64,000 bases of DNA from Clostridia bacterium (lineage in GTDB: Bacteria > Bacillota > Clostridia > Christensenellales > Aristaeellaceae). The DNA lies in assembly GCA_017541205.1 (NCBI GenBank), contig JAFXZO010000082.1, positions 3,248 to 67,247 on the forward strand, written 5' to 3'. How positions within the stretch are numbered: the stretch's first letter is position 1; each line of letters opens with the position of its first letter. Positions 49,479-57,676 of this stretch are shown here, in pieces. The notes beneath the pieces were generated by a model, which searched no databases, had not been told where the DNA came from, and saw only the letters and a list, made by a program, of their open reading frames with translations. Both the position numbers and the translations under genes were made by a program.

Positions 49479-50228
49479 TTATTGGAATCCCCAGGAGCGC
49501 AGGAATTGATACGAGCGGCGCAGGCAATCGACGGGGTCCTCCCCGTTGCAGTCGTCCTGCTCGACGAGCATATACTTCGTGCCGCCGGCCTCGGCCTTTT
49601 CAAACACGCGGGCAAAATTGATGTTGCCTTCGCCCACCACGGCCATTTTGCGGCCGTAGGAAAAATCCTTCAGATGGATGCAGGGGACGCGTCCGCTGAG
49701 CTTCTCCAGCCATTGGGCCGGGTCTGCGCCGCCGGCCTGCACCCAGAAGGTGTCCACGGTGAAGCCCATTTCGTCCGCGGGCACGGCCTCCATCAGCTTT
49801 TCCATGATGAGCTTCCCGCCGATCTTTTTGAATTCCTGATCGTGGTTATGGTACATGAACAGCTTGCCCGCCTGCGCGATCTTCTTCGCGATGGGCGGGA
49901 AAGTCTCCATCCACTGTTCCCAGCTCATGTTCTTTTCCGGATCGAACGCCCACCAGCCCAGGCCGATATAATCACAGCCGAAAATGCTGTGCTCCGCGAT
50001 CACCTGATCGAGCGCCCCGGTCAAAAGCGGCACGGGGATATGCGTGAGCACGCACTTTAGGCCGTTCTTGTCCAGGTTTTCCTTCAGCCATTCGGCGGGA
50101 TAGGGGCAGGTGCCGGAAATCTGCACGTTGCGATAGCCGATATCGGCGACCCTTTTCAGGGTTTCCGCGAAATCATTCAGGTTCTGGCAGGTTTGCCGGA
50201 CGGTGTAAAACTGAGCGCCAATTTCCAA
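49479..50228 (-). CDS. Sugar phosphate isomerase/epimerase (TIM barrel)
   Basis: The start was placed at TTG 50228, preceded by GAAGGAGAG at 6 nt and just after the stop of the upstream gene. Xylose-isomerase-like TIM-barrel sequence. Confidence 0.7.
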   Translation of the reverse strand: MEIGAQFYTVRQTCQNLNDFAETLKRVADIGYRNVQISGTCPYPAEWLKENLDKNGLKCVLTHIPVPLLTGALDQVIAEHSIFGCDYIGLGWWAFDPEKNMSWEQWMETFPPIAKKIAQAGKLFMYHNHDQEFKKIGGKLIMEKLMEAVPADEMGFTVDTFWVQAGGADPAQWLEKLSGRVPCIHLKDFSYGRKMAVVGEGNINFARVFEKAEAGGTKYMLVEQDDCNGEDPVDCLRRSYQFLRSWGFQ

Positions 50229-50247
50229 ATCGATCTCTCCTTCGTCA

Positions 50248-52239
50248 TTACCACAGGATGTTTTCGGCGTCGTCCGCGGAGGCAAACGGCCCGGGCAGGG
50301 CGTTTAGGCCGCGGTGATTGCCAAAGTAGTCGCGGTCAAAGGTGATGGCGGAGCCGTCGGGGTTTTCAAAGCGCTGCTCCGGCTCGAAGGCGCAGCCCAA
50401 GATATCGCTGGTGACGATGCCGGCGGCAAAGTCCCCGAGCAGGCCGTACACGTTGGTTTTCAGGGCGGGCCGCCCGTCCTTTTCGATCAGCTCCGCCTTC
50501 GCCCGGTTCTTTTCATCGATCAGGTGCTTCTTTTCATGCTTGCAGACGGTGGCGCCGTTGAAGTACGCGTTGCCCTCCACCCACACGGGCAAATGGCCGA
50601 AGTGATACTGCGCAAGATACCCCATGTCCGGCTCCTGCCCCATCATGAAGTGGGAGATCCATTCCTCGTAGGTGGGGAATATATCGAAAGGCGCGGTGCC
50701 CACTATCTGATAATCGCTGTCAGTGGGCTTTTTCTCGGGATCGTCGATGGGATACTGCTGGATGAAAATATTATTGTAGATGCGGTCGTCGCCGTGCAGG
50801 ATGGTCATGAACCCTGCGACCTCCGTGCGGTGGCGGATGTGGTAGGGGGTGTAGCGCGGCTCGCGCTGGCCGTTCACGACGCTGTCCACGCCCGAATTGA
50901 TGAGGGAGAACGCGCCCAGCATCAGGTTATGCACGCAGGCGATGCCTTCGCTGGGGATGGTGACGGACACGGGCGAAAGGAGCAGGTTGTTGTCGATCAG
51001 CGTGGGGCCGTGGCCGACCTCGATGAACACGTCGCAGGAGAACATCGCGCCCCGCGCGTGCTGCGCGCCCTTGGGGGGCCAGTTATCGTGCATCAGGTTC
51101 TGGGTGATGCGCGCGCCCTGGGCCTGCCAGTCGCACCAGACGCCCATGATGCAGTTGTGGATGTGGTTGCGCCGGATGGTCACGTCGATGGCAGCGTGCA
51201 GCTTGATGCCGGCGGTTTCCGCGCCGCCCAGCTGCTGGGAATTGCAGATGTGGTGGATATGGCAATCCTCGATCGTGGAGAACACGCCGCCCATGCGGCC
51301 CACGATGCCGGTCTGCTCGCAGTGATGCACTTCGCAGCGGCGGATGATATGGCCGCCCACCTTTTCCTTCAGCCATCCGTGGTACTGCCCGCGGCATACG
51401 GCGTCGCGCTCCATCTGGGTGGGGGATTTGACGTGCTTGGTGTAAAAATACATGTCGTTTTCCGGATCGCGGTACTTGCCCAGGGAAATGCCGCAGCATT
51501 TGCTGTTGCTGATCTCGCAGTCCTCGATGATCCAGCCGCGGCTCCAGTGCGGGCCGATCATGCCGTCCTGGTACGCGGCGGGCGGGGCCCAGGTGGTGGC
51601 CGCTTTGGTGATGAGGAAGCCGCTGACGGTAATATAGCCGACGCCCGTCTTGTCCGGCATAAAGCAGTTGCGGCGCACGTTGATTTCGATGTGCTGCGTG
51701 TTGGGGTCCAGGCCCTGGAAGTTGGCGTACAAAACGGTCACGCCTTTTTCCTGCTCGGTGTACCACTTATAGCGGGATTCCTCCGGCTGCCAGGAGCAGG
51801 GGTCGATTTCGCCGTTCAGGCATTCCTCCAGGGTGACGGCTTCGTACATCATCCGGTCGTTCAGATACACCGCGCCGGTATGGCGCACGGTGGGGGCAAA
51901 ATACCAATCGCCGCATACAAAAGTGGTGTAGGGGTTATACGCGCCGAACACGCCGTTATCCACCCGCGCCATCCAGACGTTGCCCTGGAATTTTTTCCAG
52001 CCCGTCAATTCCTCCGCGCCGGTGATCACCGCGCCCAGAGGCTTTTCGGAACGGTACACGATGCGCCTGTCCTCGGTGCCGGCGTTCTTCGGGTTCACGT
52101 ATTCCCGATAAATGCCGGGGGATACGACTACTTCATCGCCGGGAAGGGCGATCTTTGCCGCGTCGTCGATGTGCCGGAAAGGCATTTCCCGGCTTCCGTT
52201 GCCATCCCGGGAGGCCTGGGCGTTCACATAGTAAATCAT
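50248..52239 (-). CDS. Right-handed parallel beta-helix repeat protein (probable carbohydrate-active enzyme)
   Basis: 663 aa. N-terminus MIYYVNAQASRDGNGS..PF..I..A..A.PGDEVVV.PGIY, typical of pectate-lyase-fold proteins, with repeated ..H.C...GI.. coils. No signal peptide. Confidence 0.6.
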   Translation of the reverse strand: MIYYVNAQASRDGNGSREMPFRHIDDAAKIALPGDEVVVSPGIYREYVNPKNAGTEDRRIVYRSEKPLGAVITGAEELTGWKKFQGNVWMARVDNGVFGAYNPYTTFVCGDWYFAPTVRHTGAVYLNDRMMYEAVTLEECLNGEIDPCSWQPEESRYKWYTEQEKGVTVLYANFQGLDPNTQHIEINVRRNCFMPDKTGVGYITVSGFLITKAATTWAPPAAYQDGMIGPHWSRGWIIEDCEISNSKCCGISLGKYRDPENDMYFYTKHVKSPTQMERDAVCRGQYHGWLKEKVGGHIIRRCEVHHCEQTGIVGRMGGVFSTIEDCHIHHICNSQQLGGAETAGIKLHAAIDVTIRRNHIHNCIMGVWCDWQAQGARITQNLMHDNWPPKGAQHARGAMFSCDVFIEVGHGPTLIDNNLLLSPVSVTIPSEGIACVHNLMLGAFSLINSGVDSVVNGQREPRYTPYHIRHRTEVAGFMTILHGDDRIYNNIFIQQYPIDDPEKKPTDSDYQIVGTAPFDIFPTYEEWISHFMMGQEPDMGYLAQYHFGHLPVWVEGNAYFNGATVCKHEKKHLIDEKNRAKAELIEKDGRPALKTNVYGLLGDFAAGIVTSDILGCAFEPEQRFENPDGSAITFDRDYFGNHRGLNALPGPFASADDAENILW

Positions 52240-52440
52240 GGGAAAGCGCTCCTTTCAGTTGTGTGGTGCCGTCTGCCGTATTCATGAATTTTCGCATGAC
52301 CCAGGGTATAAGAAGCCCAAGAAAACCAGCCCCGGGTTCCGGGAAAAACATAGCATAAAATGATGCGGCTGTCAATCGTTCCGGTGGGCGGAAGCGCAAG
52401 AAAAAACTCCGCTTTCCCGACGGAAAACGGAGAGGGCTTG

Positions 52441-53238
52441 TTATCGGCTTCCGACCCCCAGGAGCATCCGGTCGTTATCCAGGGCTTTGCCGCTGGCTTG
52501 GCGGAATTTATCGGTCAGATCGTGGATGGTAAGGCGGGATCGTTCCTCGCCCGTCACGTCGTAAATGATACGGCCCTGATCCATCATCAGGGTGCGGTTG
52601 CCAAGATCGAGGGCGGATTGCATGTTGTGGGTGATCATGAGGCAGGTGATCCGGTGATCCTCCACGATGCTGCGGGTCAGGGCCAGCACCTTTTCGGCGG
52701 TGCCGGGGTCGAGGGCGGCGGTATGCTCGTCGAGCAGGAGCAGCTTGGGCACGTGGTAGGTGGCCATGAGCAGGGTCAGCGCCTGGCGCTGCCCGCCGGA
52801 GAGCAGGCCGACCGGCTGCTTCATCCGGTCCTCCAGGCCCATGCCCAGCAGGGACAGCTTCTCCCGGAACGCCTTTTTATCCGCCGCGGAGACCCGGCTG
52901 AGCCATCCGCCATTCCCGGCCGCGAGGGCCAAATTCTCCTCGATGCTCATATCCGGCGCCGTGCCGCGCATGGGGTCCTGGAACAGGCGGCCGATCTGTT
53001 TGGCGCGTTCGTGCTCGGGCAGCATGGTCACGTTGCGCCCGTCCAGGAAAACGGACCCGGTGTCCGGGTAAAAGCTGCCGCAGATCGCGTTGAAGAGCGT
53101 GGATTTGCCCGCGCCGTTCGCGCCGATGATGGAGACAAAATCGCCCTTATGTATGTGCAGCGTCAATTTGTCCAGGGCGAGCTTCGCGTTCACGGTGCCG
53201 GGGTTGAAGGTTTTGGAAATATGGTTCAGCTTCAGCAT
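52441..53238 (-). CDS. ABC transporter ATP-binding protein (COG1101-type)
   Basis: Walker A GANGAGKST, LSGGQRQAL, Walker B LLLDEH. Overlaps the permease stop. Confidence 0.85.
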   Translation of the reverse strand: MLKLNHISKTFNPGTVNAKLALDKLTLHIHKGDFVSIIGANGAGKSTLFNAICGSFYPDTGSVFLDGRNVTMLPEHERAKQIGRLFQDPMRGTAPDMSIEENLALAAGNGGWLSRVSAADKKAFREKLSLLGMGLEDRMKQPVGLLSGGQRQALTLLMATYHVPKLLLLDEHTAALDPGTAEKVLALTRSIVEDHRITCLMITHNMQSALDLGNRTLMMDQGRIIYDVTGEERSRLTIHDLTDKFRQASGKALDNDRMLLGVGSR

Positions 53239-54182
53239 TTGCCCGCGCCTCCTTCCGCCATGCCGCGCCTGGCCTGAAGGCTCTTGACCACGATGGGCAG
53301 CTGCTTTCTCAGGTACGGGCCGGAAATGGCCAGCACCACGATCACGGAGGACACAGCCTTGAGCATGAACGCGGGCATATCCACCCGCAGCGCCAGCGCG
53401 TACACGAGCCGGAACAGGAACGCGCCCAGCACCGCGCCGACGGCGCGAAGCGGCACGCTGCGGTGACGCCCGAAAAACACGCCGCCGATCAGGAGCGAGG
53501 CCAGCGCCACCGTGACCATGCCGCTGCCCATGTTGACCTCATAGTTTTTCTGCTGCTGCGCCATCAGACATCCGGAAAGGGCGGTGAACGCGTTGGATAC
53601 GCACAGGCCCACGGTGGTGGTGAAGGCGGGATTGATGGAGGAGGAACGCACCATGTCCGCGTTGCTGCCCGTCGCGCGGATGGCAAGGCCCAGCTTCGTG
53701 CGCAGGAAGAAGCACAGGAACAATACCACCAGCGCCACCACGACCAGCATCACGATCAGGACGTACTGGCCGGCAAAGGGCGTCTCCTTGAGCAGGCCCT
53801 TGGCGAAAACAAAAATGGTGGGGGTCTTGTTCATGGGCAGGGTCGCCTTGTTTCCCGTCAGGGCCATGTTGACCGAATACAGCGCCGTATTCACCACGAT
53901 GCCGGCCAGCAGGCTCTGCACGCCCATGCGCATTTGCAGCGTGGCCGTCACAAAGCCGGAAATGCTGCCCGCCAGCATGGCCGCGGGGATCGAAAGCCAG
54001 GGATGCCCGGACACCGCCACCAGCGCGCCGACCGCCGCGCCCAGGGTAAAGCACCCGTCGGTCGAAAGATCGCACACGTTCAGCATGGAATAGGAAAGGA
54101 ACAGGGCCAGCACCGTCAGCGCGTTCACCAGGCCCAATTCCAGCGCCGTCTGGCCCAGGGCAAGAAATTTGTCAAGCGTCAT
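53232..54182 (-). CDS. ABC transporter permease (COG4120-type)
   Basis: 316 aa multi-pass membrane protein between the methyltransferase and ATPase genes, with 4-nt overlaps at both ends. Confidence 0.85.
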   Translation of the reverse strand: MTLDKFLALGQTALELGLVNALTVLALFLSYSMLNVCDLSTDGCFTLGAAVGALVAVSGHPWLSIPAAMLAGSISGFVTATLQMRMGVQSLLAGIVVNTALYSVNMALTGNKATLPMNKTPTIFVFAKGLLKETPFAGQYVLIVMLVVVALVVLFLCFFLRTKLGLAIRATGSNADMVRSSSINPAFTTTVGLCVSNAFTALSGCLMAQQQKNYEVNMGSGMVTVALASLLIGGVFFGRHRSVPLRAVGAVLGAFLFRLVYALALRVDMPAFMLKAVSSVIVVLAISGPYLRKQLPIVVKSLQARRGMAEGGAGKC

Positions 54183-55021
54183 GATTGCATTTCTCCGTCC
54201 GTGTGATGAATTGATCCCGTATTTTCACCGTCCATCGGCTTTTTCGCCAAGTACAAAACATAGGTATCGCTGAAGACGATGCGGTTGCCCGCCTCCAGGA
54301 CCGCGTTTTTCAGGCCCTCGAAAAATTGGCTCTTCTCCGGCTCCGGGATCACGATATGGTCGCAGTGCGTGCCGCAGAAGGCCGCGTATTCCTCCGCGGT
54401 AAAGACCCGCTGCCCGGGATATTCCCGCTTTTCAAAGCCGGCGTAGCCGTAATTCACCGCGTTGGCATATTGGAACGCGCCGTGCGGATAGGGCGTTTCC
54501 GGCTTAAAGTACGCGGCGTATACCTTCTGGATGTTCTGATAGAGCGCTTCGTTCGGCGTGCGGTAATCCCCCCGGGTCAGCAGCATCGCCAGCGTTCCGC
54601 CGGGCCTGAGCAGCGAAAAGGTCTTGGAAAAGGCGATTTCCTCGGGGATCCATTGGATGGTCGCCGCGGAATAGATCAGGTCGAACCGCGCGCCGCCGAA
54701 ATCATGGGTGATAAAATCATCGTTCACGATATGGAAATTGGGGAATCGGCCGTACTTCTCCTTCATCTTTTCAAACAGATGCTCGCCCAATTCGATCGCG
54801 TGATAATCGCACCCGGTTTTGAGGATCGGGTCCGTCGCCTGTCCGGTGCCGGGGCCGAGCTCCAGCACGGTTTTATCCTTCCCGATCCCGGCATACGCGA
54901 TCAGATCCGCAAACAGCGCTTCGCTGTAGCGCGGCCTGTATCTGTCGAACTGCTCGGGGATCGTATCGAACACCTTCCTGAATTCCACCGGCGCATCCTC
55001 CTCTCGTTCGATCGCGCGCAT
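54179..55021 (-). CDS. Class I SAM-dependent methyltransferase
   Basis: The start was moved to MRAIEREED (ATG 55021, GGAGGA 9 nt upstream). Motif I VLELGPGTGQAT and post-I/II regions. Confidence 0.75.
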   Translation of the reverse strand: MRAIEREEDAPVEFRKVFDTIPEQFDRYRPRYSEALFADLIAYAGIGKDKTVLELGPGTGQATDPILKTGCDYHAIELGEHLFEKMKEKYGRFPNFHIVNDDFITHDFGGARFDLIYSAATIQWIPEEIAFSKTFSLLRPGGTLAMLLTRGDYRTPNEALYQNIQKVYAAYFKPETPYPHGAFQYANAVNYGYAGFEKREYPGQRVFTAEEYAAFCGTHCDHIVIPEPEKSQFFEGLKNAVLEAGNRIVFSDTYVLYLAKKPMDGENTGSIHHTDGEMQS

Positions 55022-55056
55022 GTAGTTTTTTTCCTCCGCGCTTTTTGATAAACGTG

Positions 55057-55084
55057 CCAAAAGCCTTCCCTCAAAAGGGAAGGC
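55057..55084 (-). terminator. Hairpin with a U tract directly after the binding-protein gene (attenuating terminator)
   Basis: GCCTTCCC (55063-55070) pairs with GGGAAGGC (55077-55084). On the minus strand it is followed by TTTTGG. Confidence 0.45.
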
Positions 55085-55165
55085 AGCCCGCGCGGAGGCC
55101 GGCAGGGAAGGAGGGGGCCCTGCGGCCTCGCGCGAACGGAATACAGCGCCTCGAACGAGATTCGC

Positions 55166-56188
55166 TTACAGGTCGTCAAAGCTTTCCGCCGTGGTGATGG
55201 GCTGCACGGTGGTACACAGGGGGGCGAAGGCTTCCGCGATGGCGTCGTAGTCAAAGCCGATGGCTGCGCAGGTTTCGGTATTCACGGTGGCGGTGCCGTT
55301 GTCAAAGGTCATGACGGGGGTGGAAGCGATGTCCGCCTTGTCCAGCAGGATCAGGGCGATCATGTTGGCCGTTTCCTTGCCCAGGTTCGCGTAGTCCACG
55401 CCGTAGCCCAGGAACGCGCCGTTCAAGGCGAAGGAGTCCGCGCCGGTATAATGGGGGATCTTTGCTTCGGCAAACTTTTCATAGATCGAAAGCTCGGCGG
55501 CCATGATGGTGTTGTCGGTGGGGGTGAAGACGGCGTCCATGCCATCCGCCACAATGGCGTCCGCGGCCAGCATGACTTCGGAAATGCTCGCGCCGGAATA
55601 TTCCTTGTAGGAAACGCCTTTCGCGGCCAGGATCTCTTTGGCGGCGGCGATCGGCGCGGTGGACGCGTCCTCGGAGGGGTTATAAAGCAGCGCGATCTTG
55701 GAAGCGTCGGGGTTCGCGGCGAAGATCAGGTTCAGCACAGCGCCCGTGTCCAGATAGTCGCTGGTGCCGGTGATATTCGCGCCGGGGGCTTCCAGGCTTT
55801 CGACCAGGCCCGCGCCGACGGGATCGGAGACCGCGGCGAACACCACGGGAATCTGGTTGTCCTCGGTCATGCCCTGCATGGTCATGGCCACCGGCGTCGC
55901 GATGCCCACCATCAGGTCCACTTCCTCGGCGATGAAGTCGGCGATGATCTGCTGCATCACGCTGCCGTCCAGGTTGCAGTTGTCTTCCTTGATTTCAAAG
56001 GTCACGCCCCGTTCCGCTTCGATCGCTTTGAGCTGCTCACGGATATTGGCGATGATCTGGTTCAGGGACGCGTCGTCCACAAAGTTGCAGATGCCGATTT
56101 TGAAAGTCGTTTTTTCTTCCGCCTGCGCGCAAACGCACAGGGAAAGAGCCATCATCAGGGACAGTACCAGCGCGATCATCTTTTTCAT
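55166..56188 (-). CDS. ABC transporter substrate-binding lipoprotein (COG2984 / ABC_sub_bind family; probable tryptophan-related uptake)
   Basis: Start at ATG 56188 (AGGAAGG RBS). Lipobox LSLC. ..FKIGICNFVDDASLNQI.. is typical of this family. It lies downstream of a Trp T-box. Confidence 0.85.
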   Translation of the reverse strand: MKKMIALVLSLMMALSLCVCAQAEEKTTFKIGICNFVDDASLNQIIANIREQLKAIEAERGVTFEIKEDNCNLDGSVMQQIIADFIAEEVDLMVGIATPVAMTMQGMTEDNQIPVVFAAVSDPVGAGLVESLEAPGANITGTSDYLDTGAVLNLIFAANPDASKIALLYNPSEDASTAPIAAAKEILAAKGVSYKEYSGASISEVMLAADAIVADGMDAVFTPTDNTIMAAELSIYEKFAEAKIPHYTGADSFALNGAFLGYGVDYANLGKETANMIALILLDKADIASTPVMTFDNGTATVNTETCAAIGFDYDAIAEAFAPLCTTVQPITTAESFDDL

Positions 56189-56254
56189 GTTCAAGCCTTC
56201 CTTTCAAATTTGGTTTTTGCCGCTTGGCGTTTGGTTTTCCGGGCGATCGATCGT

Positions 56255-56520
56255 ATAAAAAACGCCCCGGCGCGCTTTTTACTGCGCGCTGAGGCGGAAT
56301 TTCCGCGGTGCCACTCAGCTTCGCTTCCCTCATCGGGAAGCAATCTCATCCGCATACCCATGATATGCGCCGCGTGGATAACGGGTGCGTTCCCGTCGCT
56401 GCCTACTCGTTTCCTTTCGGAGCGCCCTCCGGAGTCCATTCGCTTTCCGCCCGCGCGCCGCCGTCTCACTCTCAGCGGCTCCCTTTGCCGTGGATCAGGA
56501 AAGGTACTCTTCTCCATCGC
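56255..56520 (-). promoter_or_regulatory. T-box riboswitch leader, Trp (UGG) specifier
   Basis: On the minus strand, Stem I base GCGAUGGAGAAGAGUAC. Specifier loop CGAA-UGG-A (codon at 56438-56436). Stem III CUUCCC-gauga-GGGAAG. T-box core GAGUGGCACCGCGG (56303-56316). Antiterminator GCUGAG/CUCAGC. Terminator stem plus UUUUUU (56257-56262). Confidence 0.85.
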
Positions 56521-56534
56521 CGGTTTGTGCAATT

Positions 56535-56563
56535 ATCATACCTTCCCGCGCCGAAAAAGTCAA
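56535..56563 (-). promoter_or_regulatory. Sigma-A promoter driving the T-box leader
   Basis: On the minus strand: TTGACT (56563-56558), 17 nt, TATGAT (56540-56535). Confidence 0.5.
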
Positions 56564-56695
56564 TACCCCGAAATGTATTTGGAATGTTTTTTCAGATGCC
56601 CTGCAAAAGCTCCGGTTTGCACAAAATGCCAGCGTATTTTTCCGTGCGCCGGTCAAAATAGCAGTGATCCCGGATCAAAGGAGGTGAAAAAGCAA

Positions 56696-56910
56696 TGAAC
56701 CAGTCTGGCAGCAATTCCGGCAGCCGGGTCAACGTGCCCGACGCCCGGGGCGCCCTGGACAACATGAAGTTTGAGATTGCCCGCGAACTGGGCATCAACT
56801 TCAAGCAGGGCTACAACGGCGACCTGACCAGCCGTGAAAACGGCTATGTGGGCGGGTACATGGTCAAACGTCTGATCGAACAGGCAGAAAAGCAGATGGC
56901 GGGTAAGTAA
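56696..56910 (+). CDS. Alpha/beta-type small acid-soluble spore protein
   Basis: 71 aa. ..VPDARGALDNMKFEIARELGI.. and ..NGYVGGYMVKRLIEQAEKQM.. are the two conserved SASP blocks. AAAGGAGG RBS. Confidence 0.9.
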
Positions 56911-57245
56911 CGGATAAGAAAAGCGGCGGCATGCATACAGGGCTGCGCATTGCTGAAAGGTCGGATACGATCCGCCCGAAGCAAGGAGGGCAGCCAGGTT
57001 TCCTGACAGCGAAAAACGGATCAAGGGAGAGGCCTGGCGGACAGGAAAGCGAAACGCTGCGCCCGGATGGCGCAAAGGCCGATCCTCCTTGAATGCGTTC
57101 AAACGACTGTCAGGCTCGGGCGGATGGTATCCGCGCTTTCGCCGTCGTTTTCTGCTCTTGTCGGGGAGCGGCCCGCGCCGCATGATCCGGCCCGCCGAAA
57201 GAGTTATTGACGCAGCCTATCAACAACAAAATGGAGGGAATAGCC

Positions 57246-57539
57246 ATGTTTAATTCCAACAACGGTTCCACTTCTTCTTCCAGCAACAGCAACCGCGCCA
57301 ACGTTCCCGAAGCCCGCGCCGCGCTGGACAACATGAAATATGAAATCGCCAGTGAGCTGGGCATCAACCTGAAGCAGGGCTACAACGGCGATCTGCCTTC
57401 CCGTCAGGCTGGCTATATCGGCGGCTACATGGTCAAGAACATGTGGCCCGTACGGCCCAGAATGTTTGAGTTCGGGCACAGGATCGTGGAGGGGCGGTTA
57501 GGCAAGGTGAAATATCAGGTCAGGCTGACTGTTTCATAA
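57246..57539 (+). CDS. Alpha/beta-type small acid-soluble spore protein with an aberrant, extended C-terminus (possible 1-nt frameshift)
   Basis: Start at MFNSNNGS (GGAGGG RBS). SASP blocks ..VPEARAALDNMKYEIASELGI.. and ..AGYIGGYMVKNM are followed by 31 unrelated residues. Confidence 0.75.
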   Translation: MFNSNNGSTSSSSNSNRANVPEARAALDNMKYEIASELGINLKQGYNGDLPSRQAGYIGGYMVKNMWPVRPRMFEFGHRIVEGRLGKVKYQVRLTVS

Positions 57540-57554
57540 GCATTGGTATGGATA

Positions 57555-57583
57555 TTGATGGCAGGATGATCTTGTGATACAAT
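57555..57583 (+). promoter_or_regulatory. Putative extended -10 sigma-A promoter
   Basis: TTGATG (57555-57560), 17 nt ending in TGa, TACAAT (57578-57583). Confidence 0.45.
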
Positions 57584-57676
57584 ATGCCCGGAAATGACGT
57601 GGGGGAGAGGCGGGCGCAATGCTCCCCAAACGCGCGTCATACCAGAAACGCGAATGCTTTCCGGGAGGGAATCGGT

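Noticed and set aside
50314-52287. 657-aa plus-strand ORF
   Set aside because: It is antisense to the beta-helix protein gene, which has an AAAGGAG RBS and a characteristic N-terminus. It is a GC-shadow ORF.
56590-56695. Sigma-G-type forespore promoter upstream of the first SASP gene
   Set aside because: GTATT-N17-CAAAATA is only loosely similar to the sigma-G consensus I recall. The match is too degenerate to call without comparative data.
56653-57183. 176-aa minus-strand ORF between and over the SASP genes
   Set aside because: It overlaps the well-supported SASP gene on the opposite strand. The translation is Arg/Pro-rich with no RBS. The region is better explained as structured non-coding sequence.
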